Part shown: positions 43,386 to 57,060 of the stretch, piece after piece | Position numbering within the stretch: the stretch's first letter is position 1 | How the letters are laid out: every line of letters starts with the position of its first letter | From: Chrysomallon squamiferum | Taxonomy: Eukaryota; Animalia; Mollusca | NCBI GenBank assembly: GCA_012295275.1 | Contig: CM022673.1 | Location: 5,890,001-5,954,000, forward strand | Reading direction: 5' to 3' | DNA: 64,000 bases | Program-made: the position numbers and the translations under genes | The notes under the pieces: model-generated | Seen by the model: only the letters and a program-made list of their open reading frames with translations | Databases searched by the model: none | What the model was told of the DNA's origin: nothing

Positions 43386-45379
43386 AATAAAAATAATAAT
43401 AATAATAGTAACAATAACAGCAATATTAATAAATAATAATGATAACAAGAAAAAGAACAAGATTATTTTTATTATTAATATTAAGAGAAAAAAAACAACC
43501 CAAAACAAAGAAGTTTTGTTATTATTGATATTAAGAAAAAAAAAAAAATTCTTATGCATTCTCAGAATACTAAATAATTTCTATTTCTGGAAACTCCATA
43601 AGTCATGAAAAATATATTCAGTTCACCTGGTCCTCAAATAATAAATTAGCATAATGTTAAAATAGTTCATACCTTCCCCTGAACTTGCTACAATCAAATT
43701 GAAATGTCAAGTATTTTCACACAACACATCTGTTAATACCAACAAACAGAAACACTGACATTTAAATTTTGAAAGAAAAGCATAAAAAAAGAATTGTTCA
43801 GTACAAGAGTAACTACTGCAGGGGCAAAATGTCAATTGGTTATAGTTTCAAAATCAAAAAAGAAAAAGGAAAATAAAAATTAAATGTTATAACAGTTTAA
43901 AAATTAATATTATAAATGTTAAGAATGTTCAATTTAAAATTAAATAAAACATATATATCTATATAATGATCTGTTAAATAAATAAATAAATAAATAAAAC
44001 AAAATAGCTAAGTTAGTATCTATTACTTTTCAAAATGTTATTACATCTCTCAAACAATAACACAAATAATCATTATCTCAATTTTCTTTATATTTTACAC
44101 TGAACATTCAGTATTCAGCTATAAATAATTTATGACAAAAACAAAACCAGAATAATTTTTCCAAAAAAATTTGAACACTGGAAAAAGAGAAAAAGCAAGA
44201 CTGGATAAACTGCTAGCTAAATGTATTTAAATATCAGTGCTTTGAAAACATCATGAATAAACAACAAAGTGGAAGCCTCTGTATATCTTTGCATGTATTT
44301 TATGTTATTTTCATATTTTACTATAAACAAAATTCGGTCTCCAAAGTGAAAAAAACAGAGCATAATTGATACACTGTTAAATTTTATTTAAAATGAAAAT
44401 GGGTCAAGAATATAAATTAATGATAATAATAATAATAACTAATTAAATAAATAAATTTTAAAAAAGAAGGAAAGAGATCATTACTGTTAAATGCAAAAGG
44501 ATTATCATAGCATTTATATTCAGCAGTGTAACTGCAAGAATAAATAAATAAAATAATATTTGGAAGTCGGCAAAATATACATAACATTAATACCTCTCCA
44601 ATTATAGTTTGCACTGAGATCAGACTATGGAATCTCATTTATTAACTTTACTAATAATAAAGATAATATTTATTTCTATTTTATTCTAAAATTTATATCA
44701 GTTTGTTACTATTTATTTTTAACACTTCCAGAAATTATTAATCTAATATTTTATGTACTTTTTGAGACAGATAATAAGTTTACAAATATTTATTTTCAAA
44801 ACTTTTTTTTTTTTTTTTTAAATTAGATATCAAAGGGTTAATCAGTTAATATCCCACGTAATATTCACTTTTTCTCGTTTATATTAATTTATTCCAAAAT
44901 ATGATGAGGTACGATTCCAAGACCCAGAAATGTGTGTAAATTATAGAAGAGTTTTTGTAATTAACTAGTATAATGGTTAGAATCAAAAGTTGGAATAAAG
45001 ATAATCATTAAAGCTGAATTCTCAGTAATTTTGCTGCAAAGATCACTCAAAACAACCCATAGTCACTGATATTAGCAGCATATTTATCTACTAATATATA
45101 TTTATATACACACATATACATATATTCACAAACACATTCACATATATACATTTACAATGTCTATAAATAATCACACACACACACACACACACACATTTTA
45201 AGTATTAATTTATGGTTTTTTTTTTTTTTGTTTTGTTGTCTATAATTACATTGAACTGTATTCTAAATCTTTGGTGGGATCATTTATTTATTAAAAAAAA
45301 ATATATATATATATATATACAACTGAATAAACAACCAGAAGGTTGTTTGATAATAACAAAAGTGATTTATGTAATACTA

Positions 45380-45496
45380 GGGAAAAACAACCCAGTATAA
45401 AGGACACCTTGTGAATAGATTCAAATGTTGGAAAACCAAAATTCTTATTGGCTGGAACATAATGTTAATTTTTGTGTTATTTGAGAAATGTGAGAC

Positions 45497-45557
<61 letters not shown>

Positions 45558-45823
45558 TCTTATTATTATTATTATTATTTTTATTATTATTAGAATCATT
45601 CCAATTATAAATGGAATAGGTGGCAATGATCTTCTGTGTTCTATCTATCCATGTATATATATTGTATGAAGCCCTAAGAAAGGATATCTTAATATATTAA
45701 TGTTTTTCATATTTGATTACTACTCTTAGCTAAATTAATATTATTACTATCAATCAGTAAGCTCATGTAAACTACATTCACTGGCTTCTGTGATATAATC
45801 TCATGAAATACATTTAAACAGTC

Positions 45824-45856
<33 letters not shown>

Positions 45857-46182
45857 GAGAAAGAATAATAGTCTAATGTCACAAGAGAAGTTGAAATTAA
45901 ATTAAAAATATGATATATCACTCACTGCCATGTTTCCAACGAAACCACTTTTCTTTATAAAAAAAAAGATATACATATAATAATTCTATATAAAAACTAA
46001 TTACTTAAAAAAAAAAAAAAAAAAAAAAAAATTCAAGCGATTATTTTATTCATTTATTCATTATAATTTTATTTGTTTTTTTTTTTTTAATTTTTTGGTG
46101 GTAATGCCTCACAAAACAATAAACTGCATATAAAGGACAGAATGCTTTCAATACAAGGTGTCCTTTATTTACATGTCTCCCC
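45380..46182. mobile_element. MITE-like inverted repeat pair downstream of the MINDY3 stop
   Basis: ATAAAGGACACCTTGT (45397-45412) and its perfect reverse complement ACAAGGTGTCCTTTAT (46153-46168); a third partial copy ATAAAGGACA at 46130. Confidence 0.4.
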
Positions 46183-46285
46183 AACAGACAAAAATGAGAT
46201 CTCCACCAAGGGTAATCTCAAGACATGGATAAAATAATAATAAATAAATAAAATACACAAATCAAAAAGTGCACATATAAATAAC

Positions 46286-46333
<48 letters not shown>

Positions 46334-46373
46334 TATTATCAAAATCAACAAAGATGTGTTCCTGAGTGCATGT

Positions 46374-47251
46374 TTAGTTTAGTGATGGAATTGTTGCAAG
46401 TTTCCACTGTAAATCAATTGTCGGCCATTTTGTTTGAATACAGAATTTGATTGGTGATGTGTCTGTTATCACTTGGACTTCATACTCATCTTCTACTACT
46501 GCTGTTGCCTCACTGTACATAACCTGAAAAATAAATTCAAAAATTAAAAATGATGTGAAAATCAGACAGAAAAAACAACATTTGGTGACATAAAGAAATA
46601 GTCAAAATATACACCGAACGATGTTTTACTGGTTTTAATTAATAACAAAGTACAACACCATTTTTCTATAGTTACGACATCATTGCACACACTGTGGACC
46701 TATTTCCAGCGTTGAAAGAAAAAACATAGCTTTCAGTCACAGCTACAACTGTTGAAAAGATAAGAGGTTTTTTTGTGACAGTATAATTTTATTACCATAA
46801 TCCGTTATTAACCAGTGTAGATACATCATGGTACAAAATAACAGTAATCTGTCAGCACAAGACATTTAATTCATATGGCTGTATGTACACTTCACTACTA
46901 TTACAATATTAGTGCATAAAAACACAAGTCAGTGTTATTTGCATGAATAAAAATAATCCATTTGGATCTAACCTTTCTTTTTACACTGCTATGAACAAAG
47001 TGAAATCAAATTCTTTATATTAGTACATTTTATTAACCTACAACAAAACTTCTTCAAGTCATTATTCTCCTAAATTTGTAATATTTGTTATCTGTTCTTT
47101 CAGTGTCTGGGGATTATGCAGATTGTTATTTGTCAAACAAACATTTTGTTAGAAAATAATAATCTCAAAAGGACATCAGGCACATTAATTTAAGTCTTCA
47201 GGGTTTGCAGTATTTTTCCATACAGGAATAAATGCAGTATCCCACAGACCA

Positions 47252-47283
<32 letters not shown>

Positions 47284-49221
47284 TGTGGGTTATTTGTCTG
47301 AATATAAAAATAACAGATTTCACAGAACATTTACTTGGGTTTGTCAAAGTGAGAAAGACCTGAATGGTTAATGTCATATTTTGTATTAATCTTGTATTCA
47401 TTCATCATCTATATTAACGTAGGCATATCAGTTCTACAATTTACTGCATGTCTAAATCAATTTTTATTTTTCTCAGATCACAAATATTATCTTCTTTCTG
47501 TAAAAAAGAACAGCTTTTCGACAAAAAAATTACCTTTCCATTCGGACAAGATCGCTTCAGTCCGTTGTAATGGTACAGAGTGAATCCCTGAGGTAAGTCT
47601 GAATGTTTGTGTCCAGGGAAAAACTCCTCCATGAAACCATGGCGAGTGATGATTCCAAGGTTTTCTGAATCCAGCTTTGTCTTCATGATATCAACACTGG
47701 AAGTGAAAATGAACATGAAGATCAGTGATACAGAATTACAAGTTGTCTGAGACAGAATGAGAGGGACAGCAACAGCAAAATGAAAAAAAAGAGAGAGAGA
47801 GAATTTCATTAATACAAAATCATTTCAGTTAAACAAAAATTAATAATATCCAGACGAAGGGAGATAACTCTTCACAATTTCAGAAGAACTGGAAATAAAT
47901 TAATACTTTATTTTATTTAAAAATATCAGAACATATAGTATTACTTACTACTCTTTCTCTGAAACCAGCTCCAGAGTTCCAAGAACATCACCAAGCAAAG
48001 AAGTGGCAATAAAACCATTACCTGCAAGTAGAAACAAATTGTCTGTATGAATGTAGTTTTTTTATTTATATTACAGAGCTAATTACACCACATTTCTTAT
48101 TATTTCATTTATCAAAATACATTAAAATTATATTAGTATACATAAATTTATTTGATATAAATATATTATAGAGTTACTTATATTACACTGCTAATTACTT
48201 CATTTACTATTTTCAAAATAATTAAACTATTAAAACTGTCTACATTAAATTTATTTACAAGTATAGTATAGAGTTAATTTCATTAAAAATCTAATCATTT
48301 CGTTTACTATTTCCAAAATATATTAAAACCACTGTTTTGTAAATATATTAACTGTGAAGGAAAATGCAGAATCAGGATTAAAAGAAAAGCAAGAAAGAAT
48401 AGGAAAACGGAAACTCTGACTCAAACTGTGGAAGAAGATGCTGGCTGTGGTGTTCAGTGAATGAGTCTGGATGAAGGAAAGGTTTGATATATTTTTTTTA
48501 AATAAATCTAGGTGAGGAGAGGGATGTTATGTGTTTTCATTTTAAACATATATTCTGTGAGGACAGTGTGGGTTTTAAATAAACAGTCTAGTGCGTGTGT
48601 GGGTGTATTTAAATAATTATTGTAGAGTGGGTGTAGGAAGGGTGGTGGGTTTTAAACAAACCTTCTGGGTCATAAGTAGAAAAAACCTGTTTTGCCATTG
48701 TTTCTGGACTTTCAGAACTGACTAAAGATTTTTCCTGAAAAAGGAAAATTACGTATTTTGAACAAAAATTATGACGTCATTTTTCTATTAAACAATATAA
48801 ATGAGACAAATTTCGTAAGTATGATATTTCTTCAAAACAAAACAAAGTCAAAAAGAAAAACCATCCATTCATCTTTTATATTCACTTCATAATAAATCAA
48901 AACAGAATTCTGAAAAGAACAAAATTTTAAAAAAAATGTAAAGTCTCAATTATTACAAAGACAATTTCTTTTAACATATAGTAAAAAAAAGAAAAAATTG
49001 ATCTGTCTTTTTATAATCAGTTACTACACTTTTGTAAAGAACAGTAAACTTACTTTGGAAAATAATACTGTTAAATGTGTTTCACTGCCAAGAATCCAAA
49101 TCGGAAACTTTGGGTTTTTCAAAAACCAACCAACCTGAAAGACAAAGTAACCATATTTTATATAAACTGTTTTCTGTTTCATCCTGAAAGAAAGCTTATA
49201 CTGAAGTTATCATGCTTTTGA

Positions 49222-49252
<31 letters not shown>

Positions 49253-52200
49253 AAAAAAATTGGAAAAAGTATTATTTTATTTTATTATTGTTGTTTTTGT
49301 TGGCATTTTAAAAAAAAAATTCAATACCATTGTTGACAGTAATTTATCTTCCATCTACTGTAATATTAAAACAGAATATCACTTACATAACAAAAGTAAT
49401 AATTTAATCCCAGGAATTGTGGTCTAACTGCTTATATATTTCAGTTCTACAGTGCTCAAAGTTTGTTTTGAAATATCAAAGAATACTAAATATTATGTCA
49501 TTTCAAAGTTTACATTTTGTACTATTATCATAACAAATCATCAAAAAATAAAAATAATAACAACAATAAATAAATAAATAAAAACCTCAACATTTTATGT
49601 GTTTTATGTGAAAGGGTTACACCTACCTCACAGTATTTAAGATGATCAAGCAATGTTAAGAAGCCAACTGTAGCTTGAGTCTGTACACCTCGCAATTCTG
49701 AAAATTTTAATTTACAAAAAATAAATCATATATTTATTAATATATATCTGTTTACAAATATCAATAAATTTCTTTTTTCTTTTGTGCACAGAAAATTTCA
49801 CTTAATATGAATTAAATCTAAATTTCACTTTTTATTTAATAAAATAAAGTTTTATTAAAATTATGCTTTCTGGTTATTTTCTGTGCCCAAAATTAAAATA
49901 TAATAATTAATAATTAATTATTAACTAATTATTTCTCTTTTTTTTAGACTGGATCTGACAGTAGCATATTGGTTAGAGCACTGGTCTGTAGTGTAACAGG
50001 TTTCAGAATTAATCATCATTTTGGTATTTCCATTATGCAGAACTATACTAATTAGTGAGGCTATAATCCAGTATTACAGCTAACAGATATTCATGGTGTC
50101 AGTTTAATATAAACTTACTGAGTCCAGAAACATCTTTTTCATTATCCCACACATGTGAAGATGCTCGTCCTGTCAGCAAAAGATTGATCAAACTCTGACT
50201 GAAATTTTAAAAATATAAAAATAAAAATAAAAAATATAATTTTACAGTGGGAACTATAGTTGATCCAGATCTGAATTCTGTTGCATTTCAAACATTTGGT
50301 GTTCATTTTTGTTTTGCTGTTTGTTTGTTTTTGTTGTTTTAACAATTTAAAATTAACAAAAAGAATTTTTGTATCTAGACTATGACATTTATACTTAATT
50401 AATTGTTAGGTTTTGAAGACTAATAATTAAAAAATGCTTCTAACAGATTTGTATCATGTGTGTTTTAATGCATTTATAATCACTGAATAGGGAATGGAAA
50501 ATGAAAAAAACAGACTAATTTAATGAAATTTTAACTTTTATTCATACCAAAGTAATAAATAATAATTACCTCCCATGTCCATGAATGCCATCTATCAAAG
50601 ATTCTGAAGGGTCTGCAACCTCATTTTTCACTTGTTCCAAACCCTGATATAATAAATTAATTAATTAATTAATTAATAACAAAATCTGTTAAGTTCTAAT
50701 AACACAATAAGAAATAAATAATAAATTCTCTGATGCTAGTCTAACAAATTCAGTAATAGTATTTTTTATTTTTTTTTACATATTTTTTTTTAATAATAAT
50801 AAAATAATAGAGAAATAAATAAATCATGAACATTTTAAGCTGTCATACATATTTCTTGGTTTTTTTAAATCAAATGTAACAGCACAGCTGACTGACAGAG
50901 GTTACAAACAATCAAAGTAATAATTTGAATAGTTTACCTTGGACAACAGAAGGGAATACAGGTACAGAAGCACTCCATATTCCTGCTGATATTCTGGAAT
51001 AAGATTCTTGAGCACTTGTTTAAGATATGTCTCTTCCCCTGCAGCATGCTTCGTACATCTGAAATATGTATTTGTCATGTAGCTAAACAAAATCTGATAT
51101 AAACTTAATTTTAAATCATATGCATTTTTGTGTACATGTTGTCATTCATTCATTTATTAATTCTTTCTTTCTTTAGAAATTAAATTCTGAACACTCTTTA
51201 GAGGAAACCATGTTTTTCAATATATTATTTATAAAAAAAAAAATAATAATAAAAATTTTGACAAATTAAGTAAACTAACTAGTAAAATAAACATTTACAC
51301 AACCAGTCATCATAAAATATGAAGAACTGAAAACATGTACTGCTGTCATATTTAACATTAAAATTTCCTTCTAGACACTAAATCCTTTACAAAATTATAA
51401 CTAAAACCAAAAAAATATAATCTTCAAACTATAATAAATGCATTAACAACAAATTAAAATATATATTCAACAAATTATAACAAGATATAATATACTTTTT
51501 TTTTAAAAACAGTATATATAATATATATCTGTATTAGTGAGACTTATACTTATGTGTTATAGATATTTTGTAATGTACTGTGTGTACCGAAGTCGAGAGT
51601 GAAATGTTTCTTGATCTACTTTCCGACGTTTTGGGCTTGTTTCTCCAACATTTACATCAGAATTTTCACTGGAAGTGCTGGCCCCAGTGGCATCACTGTC
51701 TTCTAAACTGACGAGGAAATATCTTTCAACTGACATCTGAGTCATTATTTCAAAGAGAGCTTCAAACAGGTACCTTGAAGCTTCTTCCTCTGGAAGATCA
51801 AAAAAATAAATAAATAAATAAAAAATAAAAAAAATACTGTTTTAGAATTGAGAATGTAAAATAAAATGAGTAACTTATCTGCCACTTTACATACCCACCC
51901 ATTTGAAAAGTAGTTTAATTCTTAATGACAGAAGGTAAAAAAAAAATATAAAATAAAACAATAAAAATAAATTAAATTAAAATAATAATAAAATAAAGAC
52001 TTGACATTAGATTCAAGTTCAGTGATTAGCATACAATAACACATTAAGCACTGAAAGATCAGTCTGTACTGCTCATTTGACTGTACCATTTTCCTTTCAG
52101 AAGTGTCTGACAACTTTTGTATCAAAGAGGGTTAGCATGAAAAAAAAATCTTATTCTTATATTATTTATTTATTATCAATATCCTAGGTGAATTTATTTT

Positions 52201-53386
52201 ACAAAGAATATATCACAATAATAAATGTATTTTAAAACACTATAATGGATTAAATATGCATGAATTTATATATCACCAGTAATATTTAAAAATATAATAT
52301 TTATTATGTTGACACCTGTATGTTGTGTCTTCAAAAACTATAAATTGAGTATAAAACACCTACGTGTTACTTCAGAAAAGTTTTCCACAGGATGTTCACC
52401 AAAAATGGCATTTTTAAGTAAAAATCCCTGAACTGGTGCTATCACTGCACATGGACCTCCTTCGTGTTGTACTAGAGCAGTTGGCTCATCTTCACTGAAG
52501 CAAAATCCTTAAAATAAAAATAAAACTTTAGTATTTCAAACTTAAATCTATTTTACATATTTTATATTAATTTCTCAGTTTATAGAAAAATATAAACATT
52601 ATCATTAATTTTTAACTTGAAATTTTTAACAACTGACAATTCATTAACTTTTATTTATTATCATAATTATTCAATTAAATATCACAAATGAAAATGTTAC
52701 TATATGGAAAAAATATTACACAGGTTGGGGATTCCATATCAGAAATTCTGAAATGTTTTCTGTGCAGCAGAAATAGTGGTATCTATAGTATAATAGTTTG
52801 CATACATAAAATTTATGTTATGAAAAAATTATTAAAAATATTATATTAAAAAATCCTGAAGACTAGTTGTAAAGTTGTATAATTATAACTAATAACTTCA
52901 TAAGCTAAGCCTAAAGCTGTATACAGTATAGGAAATATAAATGGATTTCGTATTTAATCTTAGGCCATTTCCCTATATTCCAGAATCTGAAACACTTCCG
53001 GTCCCGATCATTTAGGATAAAGAAGTTTAAACCTGAACTATTTATTATTAATTTATTTTTCATTCTTATTCTATTACATTCAATTTTTTCAATGACATAA
53101 ACATTTGTATAATCTGGTTATTTTATTCAAAAATTTAAAAATAATTTTGTAAAATGAATAAACGAATATTCACAGATACAAATTTGAATTGAATAAGATT
53201 CGTAGCTAAATAAGTACATTACAAATTTTTTTAAATATAAATTTATTTTAAAAATGAAAGAACTTAATAATAAGCACCTTGAGTCCATCGTGAAAAAACA
53301 TCTTCTTTCAAATCATTACCCCAGAGTAAATGCTGTAGTTTCTCAAGTGATTGTTCGTCAATTTTGGTAGTATTGCTTGATGCCAT
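46374..53386 (-). CDS. MINDY3: MINDY3 (FAM188A) K48-specific deubiquitinase, 12 coding exons, 446 aa
   Basis: Exons (minus strand): 53386-53278, 52507-52364, 51789-51588, 51058-50938, 50643-50570, 50198-50119, 49697-49627, 49134-49054, 48734-48662, 48021-47949, 47696-47534, 46523-46374. All introns GT-AG with compatible phases, total 1341 nt. Motifs RWTQGF, EGGPCAVIAPVQ (catalytic Cys), GHGSQSLINLLLTG, PIWILGSETHLTV (catalytic His), EF-hand YDPEGNGFI, YHYNGLK, QTKWP and C-terminal PSLN, as recalled from human MINDY3. Confidence 0.96.
49961..50015 (+). mobile_element. Decayed tRNA-derived SINE head
   Basis: GTAGCATATTGGTTAGAGCACTGGTCTGTAGTG resembles a Pol III A-box/D-arm and anticodon stem; B-box degenerate; no intact cloverleaf. 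Confidence 0.35.
52721..53035 (+). mobile_element. pogo/Tigger-type MITE (Tigger4/Zombi/MER46-like), about 315 bp, in the first coding intron of MINDY3
   Basis: Imperfect TIRs CAGGTTGGGGATTCCATATCAGAAAT and ATTTAGGATAAAGAAGTTTAAACCTG (17/26 complementary). The 3' end AATCTGAAACACTTCCGGTCCCGATCATTTAGGATAA closely resembles the Tigger4 terminus as recalled. TA target-site duplications are decayed. Confidence 0.65.
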
Positions 53387-53399
53387 TTCATTGTGTAAA

Positions 53400-53660
53400 C
53401 TAAAGAAAAGCTACATTTGTGAGAAAAATAACAAAAAGATTCATGATTTTAAAACTTTCGTCACATTGACGCCATATTGTTGTAACGACAGGTAATTGGT
53501 GTTTATTACGCTACTCAATATCTGTTACTGTGCAAATGAACTGAAAACGTAGGTCGAGAACCAGTCTATCAAAAAGATCTCAAATAACAGCTAATATTTA
53601 CCTTTTGTTTCGGAAAAAGATAATTTCATAGTAATTATTTCCGGCTCTCTGAGAAGCTGG
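53400..53660 (-). promoter_or_regulatory. MINDY3 promoter / 5' region
   Basis: CpG dinucleotides reappear directly upstream of the first coding exon; YY1-like CAATATGGCG on the minus strand at 53470-53479, a motif typical of TATA-less housekeeping transcription starts. Confidence 0.5.
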
Positions 53661-54068
53661 AAGTACGTAATAACTTTCGTATTAGTAGTTCTAAATAATA
53701 ATTATAAAATAAAAGACACATTACAGTATTTATTTCCAGTCGTTAAAAATGAGACCAGAAGAATAAAAAATTATGTATACATAAGTTTAATAAGGAAAAG
53801 ATATGAATCTATAAAGAAAACTTTTTAAAAGAAGAAGAAAGAAAAGCAGTGATATATATATGATTTATAACATTGTACAATTTTTCACATTAACCGTCTG
53901 CAAGACTACCTTCACGCATGTGTGTGTGCGTGCGTCTGTTTGTTTATCGGTGTGCTTCGGACTATTTTATGTGGAAGATAACGTCATTATATAAAGCTAT
54001 ACTGATTTCATCCAATGCTAAATGTTTATGAAGTTAGATTTTAAAACACAAACACAGACACACACACA

Positions 54069-54148
<80 letters not shown>

Positions 54149-55763
54149 GAGAGAGATGCATTTGATCAAAATGCTTTAAAGAATGAGTCTTTGTATTGAT
54201 GAAAATTATTTCTTTGTGCTCGTAACTATCTGAACTGTCGGCGGTTAACTTAAACACTAATACATTAAAGACGCAGACATATGGCCCCACTTCTTTCTTA
54301 ACCCAAATTTTCCCCAGCTGACACTCTTTGTCATGAAATAGAAAAAAAAAAAAAAAAAAAAAAAATAAAAAGTAAGTAAAGAAAAGAAAATAAATAAAGA
54401 AAAAGACTAAGAACAACAACAAAAAAAAAAAAAAGATAAGAGAAAAAATTTTGTTTTTCAATGCTCTTATTTAATAAAATTAAACTCTTTATTATTAGCA
54501 GTAGTAGTAGCAGTAGTTGTAATAGTAGTAGTAGTTGTTGTTGTTGTAGTGATAGTAGAAGTAAGCATTATTATTATTATTATTATTGTTGTTGTTGTTG
54601 TTGTTGTTGTTATTGTTGTTGTTGTTGTTATTATTAACTAAGTAGTACCAGCAGTAGTAGTAGTATCGTCAGCAGCAGTGATAATACTTTTTATGATAAT
54701 CATTATGATTATTGTTGCTGTTGTCGTAGTTGTTGCTGTTGTTGTTAGTGGAAGTATTGTACTAATTATAATAGCAGTTTGGAAGGACAGACGTCCTGCG
54801 CAATCTATAACAGGACGTCAGTTTGTCTCTTTTTTTGGGGGGATCTATTGTTCTTCCAGGTTAAAAAATAAATAATAATTTCTTTCTGTTCTTTATTTAT
54901 AAGGTATGAATACATGTATGATGTATGTAATATATACAGACTGCTTTTTTTAAAAATAGAAATTTTAGGGAAAAAAAGAACACAAAATAGTCTTCTTTAC
55001 ATTATCAGCACTTCTAAGTATATTTTGTATATTTTATACAACTTTGTATTTCAACTCATTGTTAAACATATTTAATTTACGTTAAAAAGTGTCACAATTT
55101 TATAAAGTGTATTAGTAATAGCGGTAGTAACTGTAGTAGTAGTAGTAGTTATTGTTGTTATTTTTGCTGCTGGTGGTGCTGTTCTTATTGTTTTCGTCGT
55201 GTCAGTTAAATTAAAAGAAAAAAAGAAACAATGTAATATCATGATAAAATAACGCGTTTACGCACATTAGTAAATGTATGTACTCGCAAATACATTGTTA
55301 TTGTTGTTACAGTCGTTGTTGTTATTATCGAAATTCGATACAAAGAACCAACAAACATTTAAAATAATTTATTATGCATCTATTGGCTTTTTTTCTCTCT
55401 AGAATTACAAAATAATTCCACTCTCGTCCAAAATTATTCCACATAACTCGTCAATGTCAGCGAGTTAAAGATATACGAGTACAGCACCTGCTTTCGCCAA
55501 CTACTAATTTTCGATATGGCGTATCGCGTAACCTCATTGTTTAAATCAATCTGCTTCTTTTTTAACGTGTTTCTTTCCCCGCTAACGATGGAATATTGTC
55601 TTGTATATCCAAAAGTAATAGACAGTACTGTTGTTTCTCTGTTTGTGTTTTTTTTCTTCTTCTTCTTTTTTTTTTTTTTTTACAGAACCATTATTTTATT
55701 TTTTAGCCTATGTTGATGTTTTCAAATGTTAAAACTGTTTCCTACTTCTTATCGTTCACCGTC

Positions 55764-55898
<135 letters not shown>

Positions 55899-56258
55899 TA
55901 ACGTTTCTCAGAAACGTAAAATAAATAATGAAACAAAAGGAACAACCACTGCACTAATTTACAGTCTCTTCCTTTTTTAATCCACCTTCGAGTCAGAGAA
56001 CAGAGAGATCTAGCAAAGTTAGCAAAACCATAAACCCGGAATTTCCAAAGACTTTTGTCAAAATTATTTGACTTTGGATCACTGCTGAAGCACTAATAAC
56101 AGTCCGTCTTAATATCCGTCACTGAAACCAACACATTATTGATTATCAATCGTAACTCTGGAGCACAGAACCTGTGGCCTATTACGCTTAATTCTGTCAT
56201 TCCGACACCAAACCATAAAATCTCACTTGTGTTCTAAAGTTCATAAAGTTCTTTTTTT

Positions 56259-56297
<39 letters not shown>

Positions 56298-56519
56298 GCT
56301 ACATTCTTTTTTTTTTTTTTCCAGGCATCTGTCAGAATCTGAAACATCATCTTTGCGCTCAGCAAATGCTCGTGATCACTAATATGTTTTGCCAACTACA
56401 GTTCTAATGGCAAGCTATACAGAAAGAACCAGCAACAAATGTCAAAACTATTCACTTTTGCCTTATTGTATTTCGTAATGAGCTTTTTAACCTTGTTCGG
56501 TGCGCAAAGTCTTTAATAG

Positions 56520-57060
56520 AGTCCACTGCTGAAGGAAAAATGTGGACAGAACTATTGTTTGTACTGATGCGCAATAAAGGAATGCAATCCGCTGATTAAA
56601 AGGGTAAAAAAAATGTAGACAGAATGATTGGTTTTGAGAATGGGTAATTTGTTTACTACAATCCAGTATTTAAAGCGGAAAATGAACTGTTGTTTTTAGG
56701 AGTGCATAATTTCTTTAATACAATAAAAAAAAAAAAATGACAAACGTAGACGAATGATTGGATGGGGAACACGTAATCTCTATAATACAATCTAATGTTA
56801 AATGAGAAACGTGGACAGAATCGATGGATGAAGGAGTGAATAATTTCTTTAATACAGTGCAAAGTGAAAGGAGAAACATAATCCGTAGGACTGCGTAATT
56901 TCTTCAATACATTACAAAATTAGAGGAGAAATGTTGACAACATTACTGTTTGATTGGAGTGTGCAATTTTCAAAATGCAGTCCAACTTTAAAGGAGACAT
57001 GTGGACAGAATTATTGCTTGCAGGAGTTGGTGATTAGTATCCTTACAACAGAAAGGAGTG
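56520..57060 (+). repeat. Degenerate minisatellite, unit about 65-70 bp, about 8 copies
   Basis: Recurrent GGAGAAA(C/T)GTGGACAGAA...GGAGTG..TAATTTCTTTAATACA elements at about 56535, 56610, 56740, 56805, 56870, 56925 and 56993. Confidence 0.7.

Noticed and set aside
49961-50015. tRNA gene
   Set aside because: No intact T-arm/B-box or acceptor stem; kept only as a possible SINE remnant. Isolated B-box-like words at about 284 and 16303 are likewise insufficient.
54789-54819. Hairpin GACGTCCTG...CAGGACGTC as pre-miRNA
   Set aside because: A 9-bp stem is far too short for a pre-miRNA.
56520-57060. CRISPR-like repeat-spacer array
   Set aside because: Eukaryotic context, whole units are homologous and degenerate with no unique spacers, and no cas genes.
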